DNA from: Candidatus Omnitrophota bacterium
GTDB taxonomy: Bacteria; Omnitrophota; Gorgyraeia; Zapsychrales; Zapsychraceae
Reading direction: 5' to 3'
NCBI GenBank assembly: GCA_029261065.1
Contig: JAJDCB010000013.1
Span: 9,868-73,867, forward strand
DNA: 64,000 nt
The notes below the pieces were generated by a model, which was not told the DNA's origin, made no database searches, and was given only the letters and a program-made list of their open reading frames with translations. The translations under genes were made by a program, and so were the position numbers. Shown here piece after piece: positions 49,011 to 59,609 of the stretch (the stretch's first letter is position 1; the number at the start of each line of letters is the position of its first letter).

Positions 49011-49421
49011 CTAAACAACAGATTTATGTTTAAGAACAGAAGAAGCCAATTTATCAGCTTCCTTATTTTTTTCTCTAAGAACATGTTGAAGATCAACTGA
49101 TGAAAAATCCTGAATCAATTGTTTAACGCGATTGCACAGAGTTTTCATATTTTCGTGTTTAACTTTATATTGTCCCGTTACTTGTTTAAAAACAAGTTCA
49201 CTATCTGTATAAATTGTTAAAGACTGCGCTTTTAATATTTTTGCCTCTTCCAAGGCACATATTAATGCAGAATATTCGGCAATATTATTCGTCCCCTCTC
49301 CAATAGAACGGGAAACTTCTTTTATAACATCATTATTTTTTCGAATAACAACGCCAATCGCCGCTGGTCCAGGGTTTCCTGAACACGCACCATCAACATT
49401 AATCACAAACTCATCACTCAA
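49011..49421 (-). CDS. rnhA: Ribonuclease HI
   Basis: INVDGACSGNPGPAAIGVVI...TDSELV RNase H fold motifs; 136 aa. Confidence 0.85.
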   Translation of the reverse strand: MSDEFVINVDGACSGNPGPAAIGVVIRKNNDVIKEVSRSIGEGTNNIAEYSALICALEEAKILKAQSLTIYTDSELVFKQVTGQYKVKHENMKTLCNRVKQLIQDFSSVDLQHVLREKNKEADKLASSVLKHKSVV

Positions 49422-50146
49422 TTTTCTTCCTCAAGATATAAAATTCTTGTACACATCTCACAACAAATCATCTCTTCTTGCATCCTTAGAGAATTAATCA
49501 TTTGCGGATTCAAATTAATAAAACAACCACCACACGAAGCTCCCGATAAAATAGGAACAATCGCAATACCTTGTTTATTATTTAGAATTTTTTCATATTT
49601 ATTTAGATAATTTGGATCAATCTCAGGAATAAGTTGATTGCGTTGGCCTTCTAAAACTTTAATACGATCTTCAATAACTTTAACATCCTCTTCTACTTGC
49701 TTTTTCGCACTTAAATATTTTTTTTCTTCTTCTGCCACATTCCCTTTTTCTTTATTAATATCTTCAGTAAGGGCATCAGAGTCATCCATAGATAATAAAA
49801 TTTTTTCTTCTAAGAGAGATTTATCAGCTTTGATATTTTCAATTTCACTTATTTTTGCAGAATATTCCTTATTTGTTTTAAGTGCAGAAAGCTGAGCATT
49901 AGATTTAGCAATTTGTTCTTCTCTGGTCTTTAAATCTAACTCTTTAGCTTTCCTATCTAAACTAAGGTTTTTTAAATTTCCTTCTAATTCATGCAACTTT
50001 GTCTTTTTTGATTCAAACAATTCTTTTAATGCTTCCACCTCTTTTGGCTTAAGAATAAGCTGCTCTTTAAGATGATAAACTTCACCGTCAATCTTTTGTA
50101 TCTCAATTAACTTTTTTATTTGATCTTTGACAGATATTTCTGGCAC
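49418..50146 (-). CDS. Coiled-coil protein with C-terminal C4 zinc ribbon (COG1579/DUF164-like)
   Basis: Long coiled coil then CGGCFINL...CCEMC zinc ribbon. Confidence 0.6.
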   Translation of the reverse strand: MPEISVKDQIKKLIEIQKIDGEVYHLKEQLILKPKEVEALKELFESKKTKLHELEGNLKNLSLDRKAKELDLKTREEQIAKSNAQLSALKTNKEYSAKISEIENIKADKSLLEEKILLSMDDSDALTEDINKEKGNVAEEEKKYLSAKKQVEEDVKVIEDRIKVLEGQRNQLIPEIDPNYLNKYEKILNNKQGIAIVPILSGASCGGCFINLNPQMINSLRMQEEMICCEMCTRILYLEEEN

Positions 50147-50192
50147 CGGATTATCCTTTATTGACAGTTAATAAACTTTCCTACTTTAAGTC

Positions 50193-50266
50193 TGGGCCCA
50201 CAGGGACTCGAACCCCGCACCAATTGATTATGAGTCAACTGCTCTAACCGACTGAGCTATGGGCCC
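50193..50266 (-). tRNA. tRNA-Met (anticodon CAU; elongator type, or possibly tRNA-Ile2 if lysidinylated)
   Basis: 74-nt cloverleaf folded by hand. Acceptor stem GGGCCCA/TGGGCCC, D arm GCTC-AGTCGGTTA-GAGC. Anticodon stem-loop GTTGA-CTCATAA-TCAAT, T arm CGGGG-TTCGAGT-CCCTG, discriminator A; CCA not encoded. The anticodon stem lacks the three G-C pairs of an initiator tRNA. Confidence 0.85.
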
Positions 50267-50533
50267 CAAATACACGAAAACTAAGGCTGTACTAGGAGAC
50301 GGCCTAAAACTTATGCTCTTTTTTGTCACAAATTTTGAACTCTAGAATAACACAACGATCTGCCCTTTTCAATAGATTTCAATTGACATCTATTTAGGCA
50401 AAAAGTCCATTATTTATAACACGTTAGGGAGTTTTTGTTGATAATTCTTGAATGTGAAAAGGAGCTGATGAATCAGCCAGAATTGGACCTTTCTTATTAC
50501 AATTGACAGACTTAAATCAAAGGCCCTTCACCA

Positions 50534-51346
50534 CTAGCGCGTCACATCAACTTTTAATCGGGCTGTTGGATAAACGCCTTTATATTTTAATGCATATGTA
50601 CAAAGAATGTTAAATTCATTAGGTGAAAACACAGCCGGAGCACTAAATTTTTTGGTTAATGATTCTTTTGGCTTAATAATAACCGTTCTTTTATACTCCG
50701 ATTTATGAGCAATAGCCTCATCTTCCCACTGATCTGTATTAAATAAAAATGATAGTGTTTTTTTGCTTAAAGCCTTAACGCGTAAACTATTTTTTGAAGG
50801 ATTATGTAAAATAACATCAAATTTAATAACTTCGCCCACTTTATACTCCGCCTTTACAGGAACAAGAGAAAACTCAAAAGGCAATTTCTTGCTCTGTGCA
50901 TCACTTAAAAGTAAGGCATTATTCTGAATAACCTCATTCAAATTAAACTGAGAGGATCTCATTTTATTCTTATAATAGGCTACTATTTTTAGATCCAACA
51001 ACAAAAATTCATACTGAAAGGGCCTGTCTTTCGATGAGTATCTTCGTTTAGCATTTATTGGATCAATCGTTAAAGCAAAAGTAAACTTACGAGATTGATT
51101 TAAATCGTCAAACATTTCTTTTTCATAAACAATTTCATTTATACCATATTCATTCTCATGCATATGAGACTCATTAAAGGCATCCAATTCTTCATACTTC
51201 TCCTTAACAGCAAAAATATCATCATAAATAAGCTGCATAACTTCATTGGAAAGTTTTTGCATCTCTTCATCAACGACGAGAGTCTCAGCTGAAAGATTAG
51301 AACACAAAAAAAGAAAAATTAAAAAACTAAATATCTTTTTAATCAT
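50534..51346 (-). CDS. Secreted hypothetical protein
   Basis: Signal peptide MIKKIFSFLIFLFLCSNLSA from ATG 51346 (GAGGTG Shine-Dalgarno 9 nt upstream); no family recognised. Confidence 0.45.
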   Translation of the reverse strand: MIKKIFSFLIFLFLCSNLSAETLVVDEEMQKLSNEVMQLIYDDIFAVKEKYEELDAFNESHMHENEYGINEIVYEKEMFDDLNQSRKFTFALTIDPINAKRRYSSKDRPFQYEFLLLDLKIVAYYKNKMRSSQFNLNEVIQNNALLLSDAQSKKLPFEFSLVPVKAEYKVGEVIKFDVILHNPSKNSLRVKALSKKTLSFLFNTDQWEDEAIAHKSEYKRTVIIKPKESLTKKFSAPAVFSPNEFNILCTYALKYKGVYPTARLKVDVTR

Positions 51347-51387
51347 AAGATCACACCTCACTTACCTTATTTATACTTACAGCAAAG

Positions 51388-51415
51388 AAGGCCCACTCAT
51401 CAAAAAGTGGGCCTT
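51388..51415 (-). terminator. Hairpin (AAGGCCCAC...GTGGGCCTT) downstream of rpoD, putative terminator or attenuator
   Basis: 9-bp G+C-rich stem, then CTTCTTTGCTG on the minus strand; between the rpoD stop and the next gene start. Confidence 0.45.
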
Positions 51416-51445
51416 TGTTACGAATCTTTACCTAAGAGCAGACAC

Positions 51446-53032
51446 TTAAATGATTTCGTCTTCTTTAGCTGCCATATCCAAAAACTGTTTAACACGTCGA
51501 GATCTTGTTGGATGACGCAATTTTCGAAGGGCCTTAGATTCAATTTGACGAACACGTTCTCTTGTTACGTTAAATTCGCTACCAACCTCTTCTAGAGTTC
51601 TTGTTGTCCCATCAGCAATTCCAAAACGAAGTTCAAGAATTTTTCGCTCCCGCTCATCTAGTGTATTTAAAACATTTGTAATTTCATCTTTAAGCATCGA
51701 CTGTAATGTGGCATTTGCCGGTGATACCGCTTTTTTATCTTCTATAAAATCCCCAAAGTGCGTATCACCTTCATCACCAATAGGTGTTTGTAACGAAATA
51801 GGTACCTGAGAAATCTTTAATATTTCTTTAACCTTTAAAACAGGAATTCGCATCTGCTTAGCAATTTCCTGAGCCGTTGGTTCTCGTCCGTATTCTTGAA
51901 CAAATAAACGAGAGACACGAATAATTTTATTAATTGTTTCTGTCATGTGAACTGGAATACGAATCGTTCTTGCTTGATCGGCAATAGAACGCGTAATCGC
52001 TTGTCGAATCCACCATGTGGCATATGTAGAAAATTTATAACCACGTTTGTATTCGAATTTTTCAACCGCTCGGATTAACCCCATATTCCCTTCTTGAATC
52101 AAATCAAGAAAAGATAATCCGCGATTGATATATTTTTTGGCAATACTAACAACCAATCTAAGGTTCGCCTCAACTAACAGCTTCTTAGCTTTATTAAATT
52201 TAGATTGGCGAAGCTTAATAACACGCAACAACTCTTTAATTACTTTAACAGACTGACCTAACTCTTTTTCAATCTGAAGCTTTTCCTTCTTTAAGGCCTT
52301 AATATCAATATTCTTCTTCTTACCCTTTAACGTTCTTGTTATCTTTTCAAGCCGATCCATTCTCAGCAATATTTGAATAACAAGCTTCTCGTTAAAAGCA
52401 GCCGTTAACTTAAAAGCAGCAAGTAACGTAGCTGACTGATCAGTCCCTACTCGTGTTCGTGCAATCTTCTCTCTTAAACCTTTTAGCTCTTTTAATAGCT
52501 TAGATCTTCTCTCAAGCTCATCCTTAATGATATCTTCAACGTTAATCTCTTCATTAAGAACCCGTGCTATGGCTTTTAAGGCTTCTTTACGAGCAAACGC
52601 CGATTTATACAGCGCTTCGGCAAACTTAATTTCTGCCTCTTCAATACGTTTGGCCAAATTAATTTCATTCTCTCTTGATAATAGGGGTATAGAACCCATT
52701 TGTTTTAAGTACATCTTAACGGGGTCATCTAGAGGGATAAATTTATCAGAATAGACATCGTCTTCTTTATTTTCTTCGCGTACACGTCTGACTTCCTGCT
52801 CTCGTGTTTCTTTCTTCAAAGAGCCTTTATTCTCGCCATCATCAGATTCGACAACTTTTATATCTTTTCCATCTAAGACATCAAACACCTTATCTATCTC
52901 TTCTGAAGAATCGACCGTTTCTGAAAGAGCCTCATTAACTTCATCATAAGTTAAAAATCCCTTTTTCTTACCCAACAAGACCAACTTTTCTATGTCTTGT
53001 TTGATATCATGTTTTGCTTTTGGTGTTTTCAT
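51446..53032 (-). CDS. rpoD: RNA polymerase sigma factor RpoD (sigma-70)
   Basis: Regions 2.x-4.2, e.g. [37 protein letters not shown]; 528 aa with short region 1; immediately downstream of dnaG. Confidence 0.95.
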   Translation of the reverse strand: MKTPKAKHDIKQDIEKLVLLGKKKGFLTYDEVNEALSETVDSSEEIDKVFDVLDGKDIKVVESDDGENKGSLKKETREQEVRRVREENKEDDVYSDKFIPLDDPVKMYLKQMGSIPLLSRENEINLAKRIEEAEIKFAEALYKSAFARKEALKAIARVLNEEINVEDIIKDELERRSKLLKELKGLREKIARTRVGTDQSATLLAAFKLTAAFNEKLVIQILLRMDRLEKITRTLKGKKKNIDIKALKKEKLQIEKELGQSVKVIKELLRVIKLRQSKFNKAKKLLVEANLRLVVSIAKKYINRGLSFLDLIQEGNMGLIRAVEKFEYKRGYKFSTYATWWIRQAITRSIADQARTIRIPVHMTETINKIIRVSRLFVQEYGREPTAQEIAKQMRIPVLKVKEILKISQVPISLQTPIGDEGDTHFGDFIEDKKAVSPANATLQSMLKDEITNVLNTLDERERKILELRFGIADGTTRTLEEVGSEFNVTRERVRQIESKALRKLRHPTRSRRVKQFLDMAAKEDEII

Positions 53033-53105
53033 CTTTTCTCCATTTTCTAAATTTATTTTTGATTCTTAAAAAAATCTGTATACTCAGTCAAATATCTTTA
53101 ATCAG

Positions 53106-54899
53106 TTACAATTTGACAGTATTATTAAATTGTTCTTTTAAACTATGCAATCTTTCTTGATCGCCCATCCTTTCTGCTTCTTTTATCTGTAAAAGCAAAT
53201 CACCTCTTTGCTTCTTAAGTCTATTTTTCTTCATACGCGAAATACAATCTTCATACATCTTCTTCTTGTCCAATACAACCATACGCTCATCATTGACAAT
53301 TTCCGATATCATATGTTGAATATCGTCTTCTTGAAAACTATTCAACAGACTATGCGTACTAATCATTTTTTCCGTTTCAAAAATCTCATAAATCTTCGAC
53401 ATAACTTTACGAATATTTTCATCCGCAAAATCTGAAACACTTATTTCTTCTTTGGCGGTCGCAAAGAGTGATTCATCCTCTAAAATAAGCTTTAGTATAT
53501 TTCGCTCAACACACCTAGACGAATGAATTACTCTAAGATTAGCTTTCTTTGCCGGTTCCTGTGCACTTCTCCAGCTCGTCTTATGCGTCTTATTAAACTC
53601 TTCCGTTAAGGCCGCCTCGGAAACATCAAACATCTTCTCTAACTTTTTTAAATATCCGGAACGAACAACCGCATTCTTATAAGACTTAATCGTCGGTAGC
53701 ATGCGCTCAATAAGCTCCGACTTACCTTCAACCGTGTCCGTATTTATTTTTTTCTGCAAAACACTAACTTTATAATCAAAGAGCAGTTGAGCCTGATCGA
53801 TTTGACTTCTAAATTGCTCAACACCTTTATTTTTTATAAATGAATCTGGATCTTCACCTGTTGGAAGAGATGCGACCTTAACAACCATGTCTTCTTCAAG
53901 CAACATATCTAAACTTCGCATCATTGCCGACTCACCAGCCTCATCCATATCAAATAACATAACCACATTCTTTGTATAACGTCTAACAAGCCTTATCTGT
54001 GACGGTGTTAAAGCCGTTCCTAAAGAAGCAACGACAGGCAAAAAACCTGCTTGTTGCGGCATAAGGGCATCCATATAACCCTCAACAATGACGACAAAAT
54101 CTTGCTTTGCCATCTCTTCTTTAGCCAAATGAAATCCATAAAGATGATCACCTTTCACATAAACTTTTGTTTCAGGTGAATTGATGTACTTGGCTGAAAT
54201 TTTATCTGTAGAGTTTTGAGCGCCTTCTAACAACCGTGCACCGAACGCTCGAACCTCTCCTCGTGTATCAAAGATCGGAAATATAATTCTATTTCTAAAA
54301 CGATCATAATAGCCTTGGCTCGAATCTTTCTTAATGAGAAGGCCACAATTTTCTAACAAATCATTTGGAAGGGATAATTGCTGTAATTTTTTATATAAGC
54401 TGTCCCATGTGTTTAGGGCACATCCTAAACGAAATTTTTTTACTGCATCTAAACTAACGCCGCGCTTCTTTAAATACTGACGAGCAATTTCGGATTCAGA
54501 ACTTTTATCATCCAGCAAATTATTATGAAAAAAATCTAAGGCTACATGATTAACTTTAAGTATCTCATGAAAAATACTTGAGTCGGCTGAATCTCGCGCA
54601 TCATTTTCTGGAATTTCTACATTTACTTTCGCAGCAAGATAACGAATGGCTTCGGGAAAGACCAAATGATCCTGTTTCATAACAAATGAAACAACATTAC
54701 CTCCTACACCGCATCCAAAACAATGAAAGATTTGTTTATTTGGATTAACAACAAAAGAAGGCGTCTTTTCATTATGAAACGGGCATGGAGCTTTAAAGTT
54801 CTGGCCAGTCTTCTTTAATGGAATGTAACTGCCAATGACATCGACGATGTCACAGCGTTCGATCACCTGTGTAACGATATCTTCTGGAATCAAGCCCAT
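53106..54899 (-). CDS. dnaG: DNA primase
   Basis: CHC2 zinc finger CPFHNEKTPSF...HCFGCG, TOPRIM domain (IVEGYMD), C-terminal helicase-interaction domain. Confidence 0.95.
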   Translation of the reverse strand: MGLIPEDIVTQVIERCDIVDVIGSYIPLKKTGQNFKAPCPFHNEKTPSFVVNPNKQIFHCFGCGVGGNVVSFVMKQDHLVFPEAIRYLAAKVNVEIPENDARDSADSSIFHEILKVNHVALDFFHNNLLDDKSSESEIARQYLKKRGVSLDAVKKFRLGCALNTWDSLYKKLQQLSLPNDLLENCGLLIKKDSSQGYYDRFRNRIIFPIFDTRGEVRAFGARLLEGAQNSTDKISAKYINSPETKVYVKGDHLYGFHLAKEEMAKQDFVVIVEGYMDALMPQQAGFLPVVASLGTALTPSQIRLVRRYTKNVVMLFDMDEAGESAMMRSLDMLLEEDMVVKVASLPTGEDPDSFIKNKGVEQFRSQIDQAQLLFDYKVSVLQKKINTDTVEGKSELIERMLPTIKSYKNAVVRSGYLKKLEKMFDVSEAALTEEFNKTHKTSWRSAQEPAKKANLRVIHSSRCVERNILKLILEDESLFATAKEEISVSDFADENIRKVMSKIYEIFETEKMISTHSLLNSFQEDDIQHMISEIVNDERMVVLDKKKMYEDCISRMKKNRLKKQRGDLLLQIKEAERMGDQERLHSLKEQFNNTVKL

Positions 54900-55031
54900 T
54901 GATTACCAACTCCCCTTATAAGCCCATAAAACAAAAATTCTTTTCTCCAAACCCATGTGAAAAAATACAATTGCACATAAATTTCTCAAAATCTTTAACA
55001 TAACGTTTTCAAAGAACTTTCCCTTAAACCT

Positions 55032-55601
55032 CTACTCATCATCCTCAACTTCCTCTTCCTTTTCAACAACTAAAAACGGCTTTTTATTTATTTCTTCTGC
55101 AAAAAAAATGCTCGAAATAAACTGATGATGAACAAACTTATATGTAGCAACTGGACCTTGAGCACAAAGGGCAAAACTTAGAGAGTTTTTTGTATTTTTA
55201 ACAATAAAAATATTGCCTGTCAAAAGGACTAAAAATACAGCCATTCCGCCGAGCCAATACATACGTATATAAGAAAAGAACAAGCCGAGATATCTGTCTA
55301 ACTTTGCTTTAAGTTTAAAATTTAAAATATCAAACCAACTGTCAGCTACAACAACAAATAGACAATAAATCCCAAATGACATCAAACAAAAAGCAAAAAA
55401 ATCAGAAATCTCCTGGGGGATAAAAAATCTCTTATTAAAGAATTCCCCCAAGGAACTATAATAGTGCATGGTGACACATATGGAAATAAACAAACCAATG
55501 AGTTTAAAGAACTCCACAAACATCCCGCTCTTCTTTGCATCCGTATAAACTCTAACAATTATAATAACAAATAAAAGATCAACCCAACCGAGAGGTAACA
55601 T
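55032..55601 (-). CDS. cvpA: CvpA-family membrane protein
   Basis: Four-TM CvpA-like N-terminus (MLPLGWVDLLFVIIIVRVY...), 189 aa. Confidence 0.7.
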   Translation of the reverse strand: MLPLGWVDLLFVIIIVRVYTDAKKSGMFVEFFKLIGLFISICVTMHYYSSLGEFFNKRFFIPQEISDFFAFCLMSFGIYCLFVVVADSWFDILNFKLKAKLDRYLGLFFSYIRMYWLGGMAVFLVLLTGNIFIVKNTKNSLSFALCAQGPVATYKFVHHQFISSIFFAEEINKKPFLVVEKEEEVEDDE

Positions 55602-56073
55602 AAATAATCCTATTTATTATAATTATGGTCTGAAGTCGTAAAAGTATAACACACGCCTATTTGGGTGTCAAGAAAGCGCTCCCCTCTTACGAATTTAATT
55701 TAAATGTACGTAAAACATTGAAATGTATAAACTTACAAATCTACATCTCAAGCTACTTTTAAGCTATTTTCATGAAAAATCAACTTCTCTTATCTAGCTT
55801 TGAATCCTTAAGCTTTATTTTTCAATACTTTGCGAAACAAACAACAATAAAAAACGTAAGTCTTTTAATACCAACATGTTATTATCAAACAAAAAGAAAA
55901 TCTACCATCTTATTAACAAACACATGTAAATAACAAGTGAAACTCTTGTAAATTTCTTTCAATTAATTTCACATAAGGGTCATAAGTGGGTGTCTTTACA
56001 GAGGTGATGGGTTTCAAGCCTATGACTCAATTTGCAGCAAAAAGGTGTGATAATTTAAAGCTAAATAATGAGC

Positions 56074-59000
56074 TTAAACTCCTGCGGGAACGGCATCCGT
56101 TTCTTTTTCGTTCTTCTCAGAGAAATCAACAGAGACCAATCGTGAACAGCCTGTCTCAGGCATGGTCACACCATACATGACATCAGCATGAGACATGGTC
56201 TTCTTATTATGTGTGATAATAATAAACTGCGCGATATTAGCAAACTCTTTTAATAAATAGCTAAATCGCCCAACATTCGCTTCATCAAGAGCGGCATCAA
56301 TTTCATCAAGGACACAAAATGGACTTGGATTAACTTTAAAGACACCAAAAATCAAGGCAATTGCTGTTAACGTCTTCTCTCCACCAGACAACAAACTAAT
56401 ACTTTGCAATTTTTTTCCAGGAGGACGAGCAACAATATCAATTCCAGATTCTAAAACATTTTCTGGATCCAACAAAACCAACTGCGCCTCACCACCACCA
56501 AATAACATCCGATAATAAATACGAAACTCTTCACTCACTCGTGTAAAGGTATCCATAAATTTCTGACGTGTCGCTCGATTTATTTTATTGATCGTACTCA
56601 TCAACTGAGATTTCGCTTCCAGCAAATCACTTTGTTGTTTTGTTAAGAATTCAAATCTTTCTTTTAATTCTTCATATTCTTCTATCGCTACCAAATTCAC
56701 ACTTCCAAACGAATCGCATTTCTTACGAAGTTTTTCTAATTGAAACTTGATCTCATCGATATTCTCTGCCGTCACAACAATCTCTTCTTCTACCCTTTTC
56801 GTCTGCTTCTTATCTTGCGCTTTAAGTCCAGCAAGGGCGGATTTTAACTGTTCATCTTCGTCTTGCCCTTGAGCCGTTTCTTCTTGCTGCGGCTCATCAC
56901 CTTGACTCTCATCAGATGAAGCTTCTTCTTTAACAGGCAAATTATCCAAATCCAATTTATACGCTTGTAATAATCGATCCTTAATACCTCTTTCGCTAAA
57001 CTCTAACTCTTGTTCTTTCATCTGACTGTCATGCAGTTCCTTCTTTATCTTAATAATCTCTTCCTCGATCGCATCAATATTTGTTCTCACACCACCAATA
57101 CGAATAGAAACATCTTCCTTTTGCGTCTGATATTCACTTAACACACTTTCAATAGATTCTTTATTCCTTTTTAGTTCATCAATAGCATCTATCCATTCAT
57201 CGATCTCATCTTTAAACTGTTGACGTTTTGCTTGAAAAGAAGAAACCTCTTCATCAATTTTATTAATTTCTTCAAGCCAACCATCAAGTGTCTCTGTAAA
57301 AATTTTTTGATTATCTTCAAGATTGGCATACTTATCATTTTTCGCTTGAATTTCTGTTTCAAGTTGAGCTGTTGTAATGGCAATGGATTCTCGTGTGGCT
57401 GCATTTTCTGCAATGCCATCTTGTTGTTTGCGAATATCATTTTGACACCAGGATAATTCTTGATTAACCGTATCTATTTCATAATTTAACTCTTCTTCCT
57501 GCTTCTTAAAAGAAGCTAACGTTTCATTGACCTCGTCAAGCTCAGAATCAACAAGATCTATCTCCCCCTTTAGTTTCTGCGCTTCTTCAATAATGTCTTT
57601 TTTCTGCGCCTCCAATATGGAATAGGCTTTTTCTTTGGTTTGAATTTCATGCAAAAAATACTCACACGATTCATTTTGTTTATTCAAATGCTCTTGCAAC
57701 TCTGCTTGTCGTCCTTCTAAACTCTCAATCTCTCTTGAAATTTCTTCGATCTTTAAAGTAATTTGTTGAGGGTCAAGCTCTATAAACTTAGTCTCACAAA
57801 CAATCTCATAAAGTTGCACAGGATTAAAATCAGAAGAATCCATACCCAATTGATTAAGACGTTGATGTCCAATGGGCGCCACTTCTTTTACTTTTCCGAT
57901 GATACCCGTATGATGATCTAAAGGTGGGGTTTGCGTTATAAGGCGTCCTTCAATAATCGGATCAGGAATATCTTTATACTGCGCATGCATTTTTTCGATA
58001 AATTCTTTCTGACTCTTTAAAAACAATTTCTGCTTCTCTTGATCATCAATCTCCTCTTCTATACTTTCCAACCATAATTTCAGCTCGTTTAAAACATGAT
58101 CATGATGCGACTTTGTAATCTTAAGCTCACAAATACTTCCCTGGAGACTATTAATTTGATAATCCATGTTCTTAGACTTCATATCGATTTCTTGCTTTTC
58201 ATTTGAAACCTTATCATTCTCAAACTCTAACCTTCTCTTTCGCGCTAACCCTCCTTGAATCTCCTTCATAATGTCCGTCAATCTATTACGAATATGCACC
58301 TGTTTAGAAGTTAACCCTAAAATTTTCTCTTCATGATCTTTTATTTTTTCTTTGGATTCTCGAATAATTCTTTCAATATCAGACTGCTCTTGTTTACTTT
58401 GTTCCAAACGTGACTTATCGGCTTCCACCTCTTCTTTTAAGACAGCGACCTCTTGCTTTAACGTCTCAAGCTTATCTTGCTGCGTTTTACAACGCACAAT
58501 AAGCTGCTCTTTTTGATCAACGGATTTCTTTTCATTTTCATTCATCGACGCGATGCGTTCTTCATTAAAAGAAATTTGACGATTATTTAAATCAATTTGA
58601 CCCTCTAGCTTAATTTCCTCGGCATGAACCTCATTAATTTTCTGTTCAATCTCTGCAATAAACTGTGTTTCGTTCTCCAACAACTGATTTAGCTCTTCTA
58701 ATTCCTTTGTTAACTGAATATCTTTTTCTTTATGAGACTCGACTAACTCCTGAATCGCAAATTTTCTTCCTGAAAATGTTCCCAACTCATACTGCGCCAT
58801 CTTCACTTCTATATCTTTTAGTTTTTCATATTCAACTTTATATTTTCTAGCCTTATTCGCTTGCCGTTCGATAGAACCAATTTGTCTTTTAACTTCCGTC
58901 GTAATATCCGTAACTCTTAGTAAATTATTATCAGCATCTTTTAGTTTATTAAGAGCCTCTTTTTTCTTTGTTTTATATTTCGTAATACCTGAGGCTTCAT

Positions 59001-59484
59001 CCAAAATAATACGTCTATCTTCTGGTTTAGCACTAACAACCAAATCAACTTTACCTTGCTGAACCAAAGAATAAGCCTCAGCGCCAATTCCTGTACCCAT
59101 CAACATCTCATTGATATCTTTTAAACGAACATTTGTTTTATTTAATAAGTATTCGCTTTCACCCGAACGAAATACGCGGCGTGTGATTGTGACTTCATCA
59201 TATTCGATAGGTAACATACGTGATTCATTGGAGAATGTAAGGCTGACTTCAGCAAATCCAAGGGAAGGTTTTTTTTCTGTACCATTAAAAATAACATCTT
59301 CTTTTGATGAACCGCGCAACTCTTTCATGCTTTGTTCACCTAAAACCCAACGAATAGAATCAAACACGTTACTTTTCCCACATCCATTAGGTCCAACAAT
59401 AGCCGTAATACCTGGCTCAAAATTGAGTACTGTTTTATCAGCAAAAGATTTAAAACCAAATATTTCCAACTTTTTAAAATACAT
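56074..59484 (-). CDS. smc: Chromosome partition protein SMC
   Basis: Walker A GPNGCGKSN, long coiled coils, hinge, ABC signature LSGGEKTLTAIAL, Walker B CVLDEIDAALD; 1136 aa. Confidence 0.95.
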   Translation of the reverse strand: MYFKKLEIFGFKSFADKTVLNFEPGITAIVGPNGCGKSNVFDSIRWVLGEQSMKELRGSSKEDVIFNGTEKKPSLGFAEVSLTFSNESRMLPIEYDEVTITRRVFRSGESEYLLNKTNVRLKDINEMLMGTGIGAEAYSLVQQGKVDLVVSAKPEDRRIILDEASGITKYKTKKKEALNKLKDADNNLLRVTDITTEVKRQIGSIERQANKARKYKVEYEKLKDIEVKMAQYELGTFSGRKFAIQELVESHKEKDIQLTKELEELNQLLENETQFIAEIEQKINEVHAEEIKLEGQIDLNNRQISFNEERIASMNENEKKSVDQKEQLIVRCKTQQDKLETLKQEVAVLKEEVEADKSRLEQSKQEQSDIERIIRESKEKIKDHEEKILGLTSKQVHIRNRLTDIMKEIQGGLARKRRLEFENDKVSNEKQEIDMKSKNMDYQINSLQGSICELKITKSHHDHVLNELKLWLESIEEEIDDQEKQKLFLKSQKEFIEKMHAQYKDIPDPIIEGRLITQTPPLDHHTGIIGKVKEVAPIGHQRLNQLGMDSSDFNPVQLYEIVCETKFIELDPQQITLKIEEISREIESLEGRQAELQEHLNKQNESCEYFLHEIQTKEKAYSILEAQKKDIIEEAQKLKGEIDLVDSELDEVNETLASFKKQEEELNYEIDTVNQELSWCQNDIRKQQDGIAENAATRESIAITTAQLETEIQAKNDKYANLEDNQKIFTETLDGWLEEINKIDEEVSSFQAKRQQFKDEIDEWIDAIDELKRNKESIESVLSEYQTQKEDVSIRIGGVRTNIDAIEEEIIKIKKELHDSQMKEQELEFSERGIKDRLLQAYKLDLDNLPVKEEASSDESQGDEPQQEETAQGQDEDEQLKSALAGLKAQDKKQTKRVEEEIVVTAENIDEIKFQLEKLRKKCDSFGSVNLVAIEEYEELKERFEFLTKQQSDLLEAKSQLMSTINKINRATRQKFMDTFTRVSEEFRIYYRMLFGGGEAQLVLLDPENVLESGIDIVARPPGKKLQSISLLSGGEKTLTAIALIFGVFKVNPSPFCVLDEIDAALDEANVGRFSYLLKEFANIAQFIIITHNKKTMSHADVMYGVTMPETGCSRLVSVDFSEKNEKETDAVPAGV

Positions 59485-59609
59485 AGTTACTCCTCAACCG
59501 CTTTATTTTGAAGTTGTTACCGAATACAATATTTGATATCACTATAACAAGCCTAGTGCTTTAATCAACGGTTTTTATGGTTATTTTTTATAAACTTTAA
59601 GCCCGAATC

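Noticed and set aside
50267-50533. Possible promoter for the tRNA-Met gene (GTGACA...TTAGGC on the minus strand) and a TTGACA hexamer on the plus strand at about 50384
   Set aside because: Hexamer spacing is poor (16-23 nt) and the plus-strand hexamer has no downstream plus-strand gene; too weak to report as a feature.
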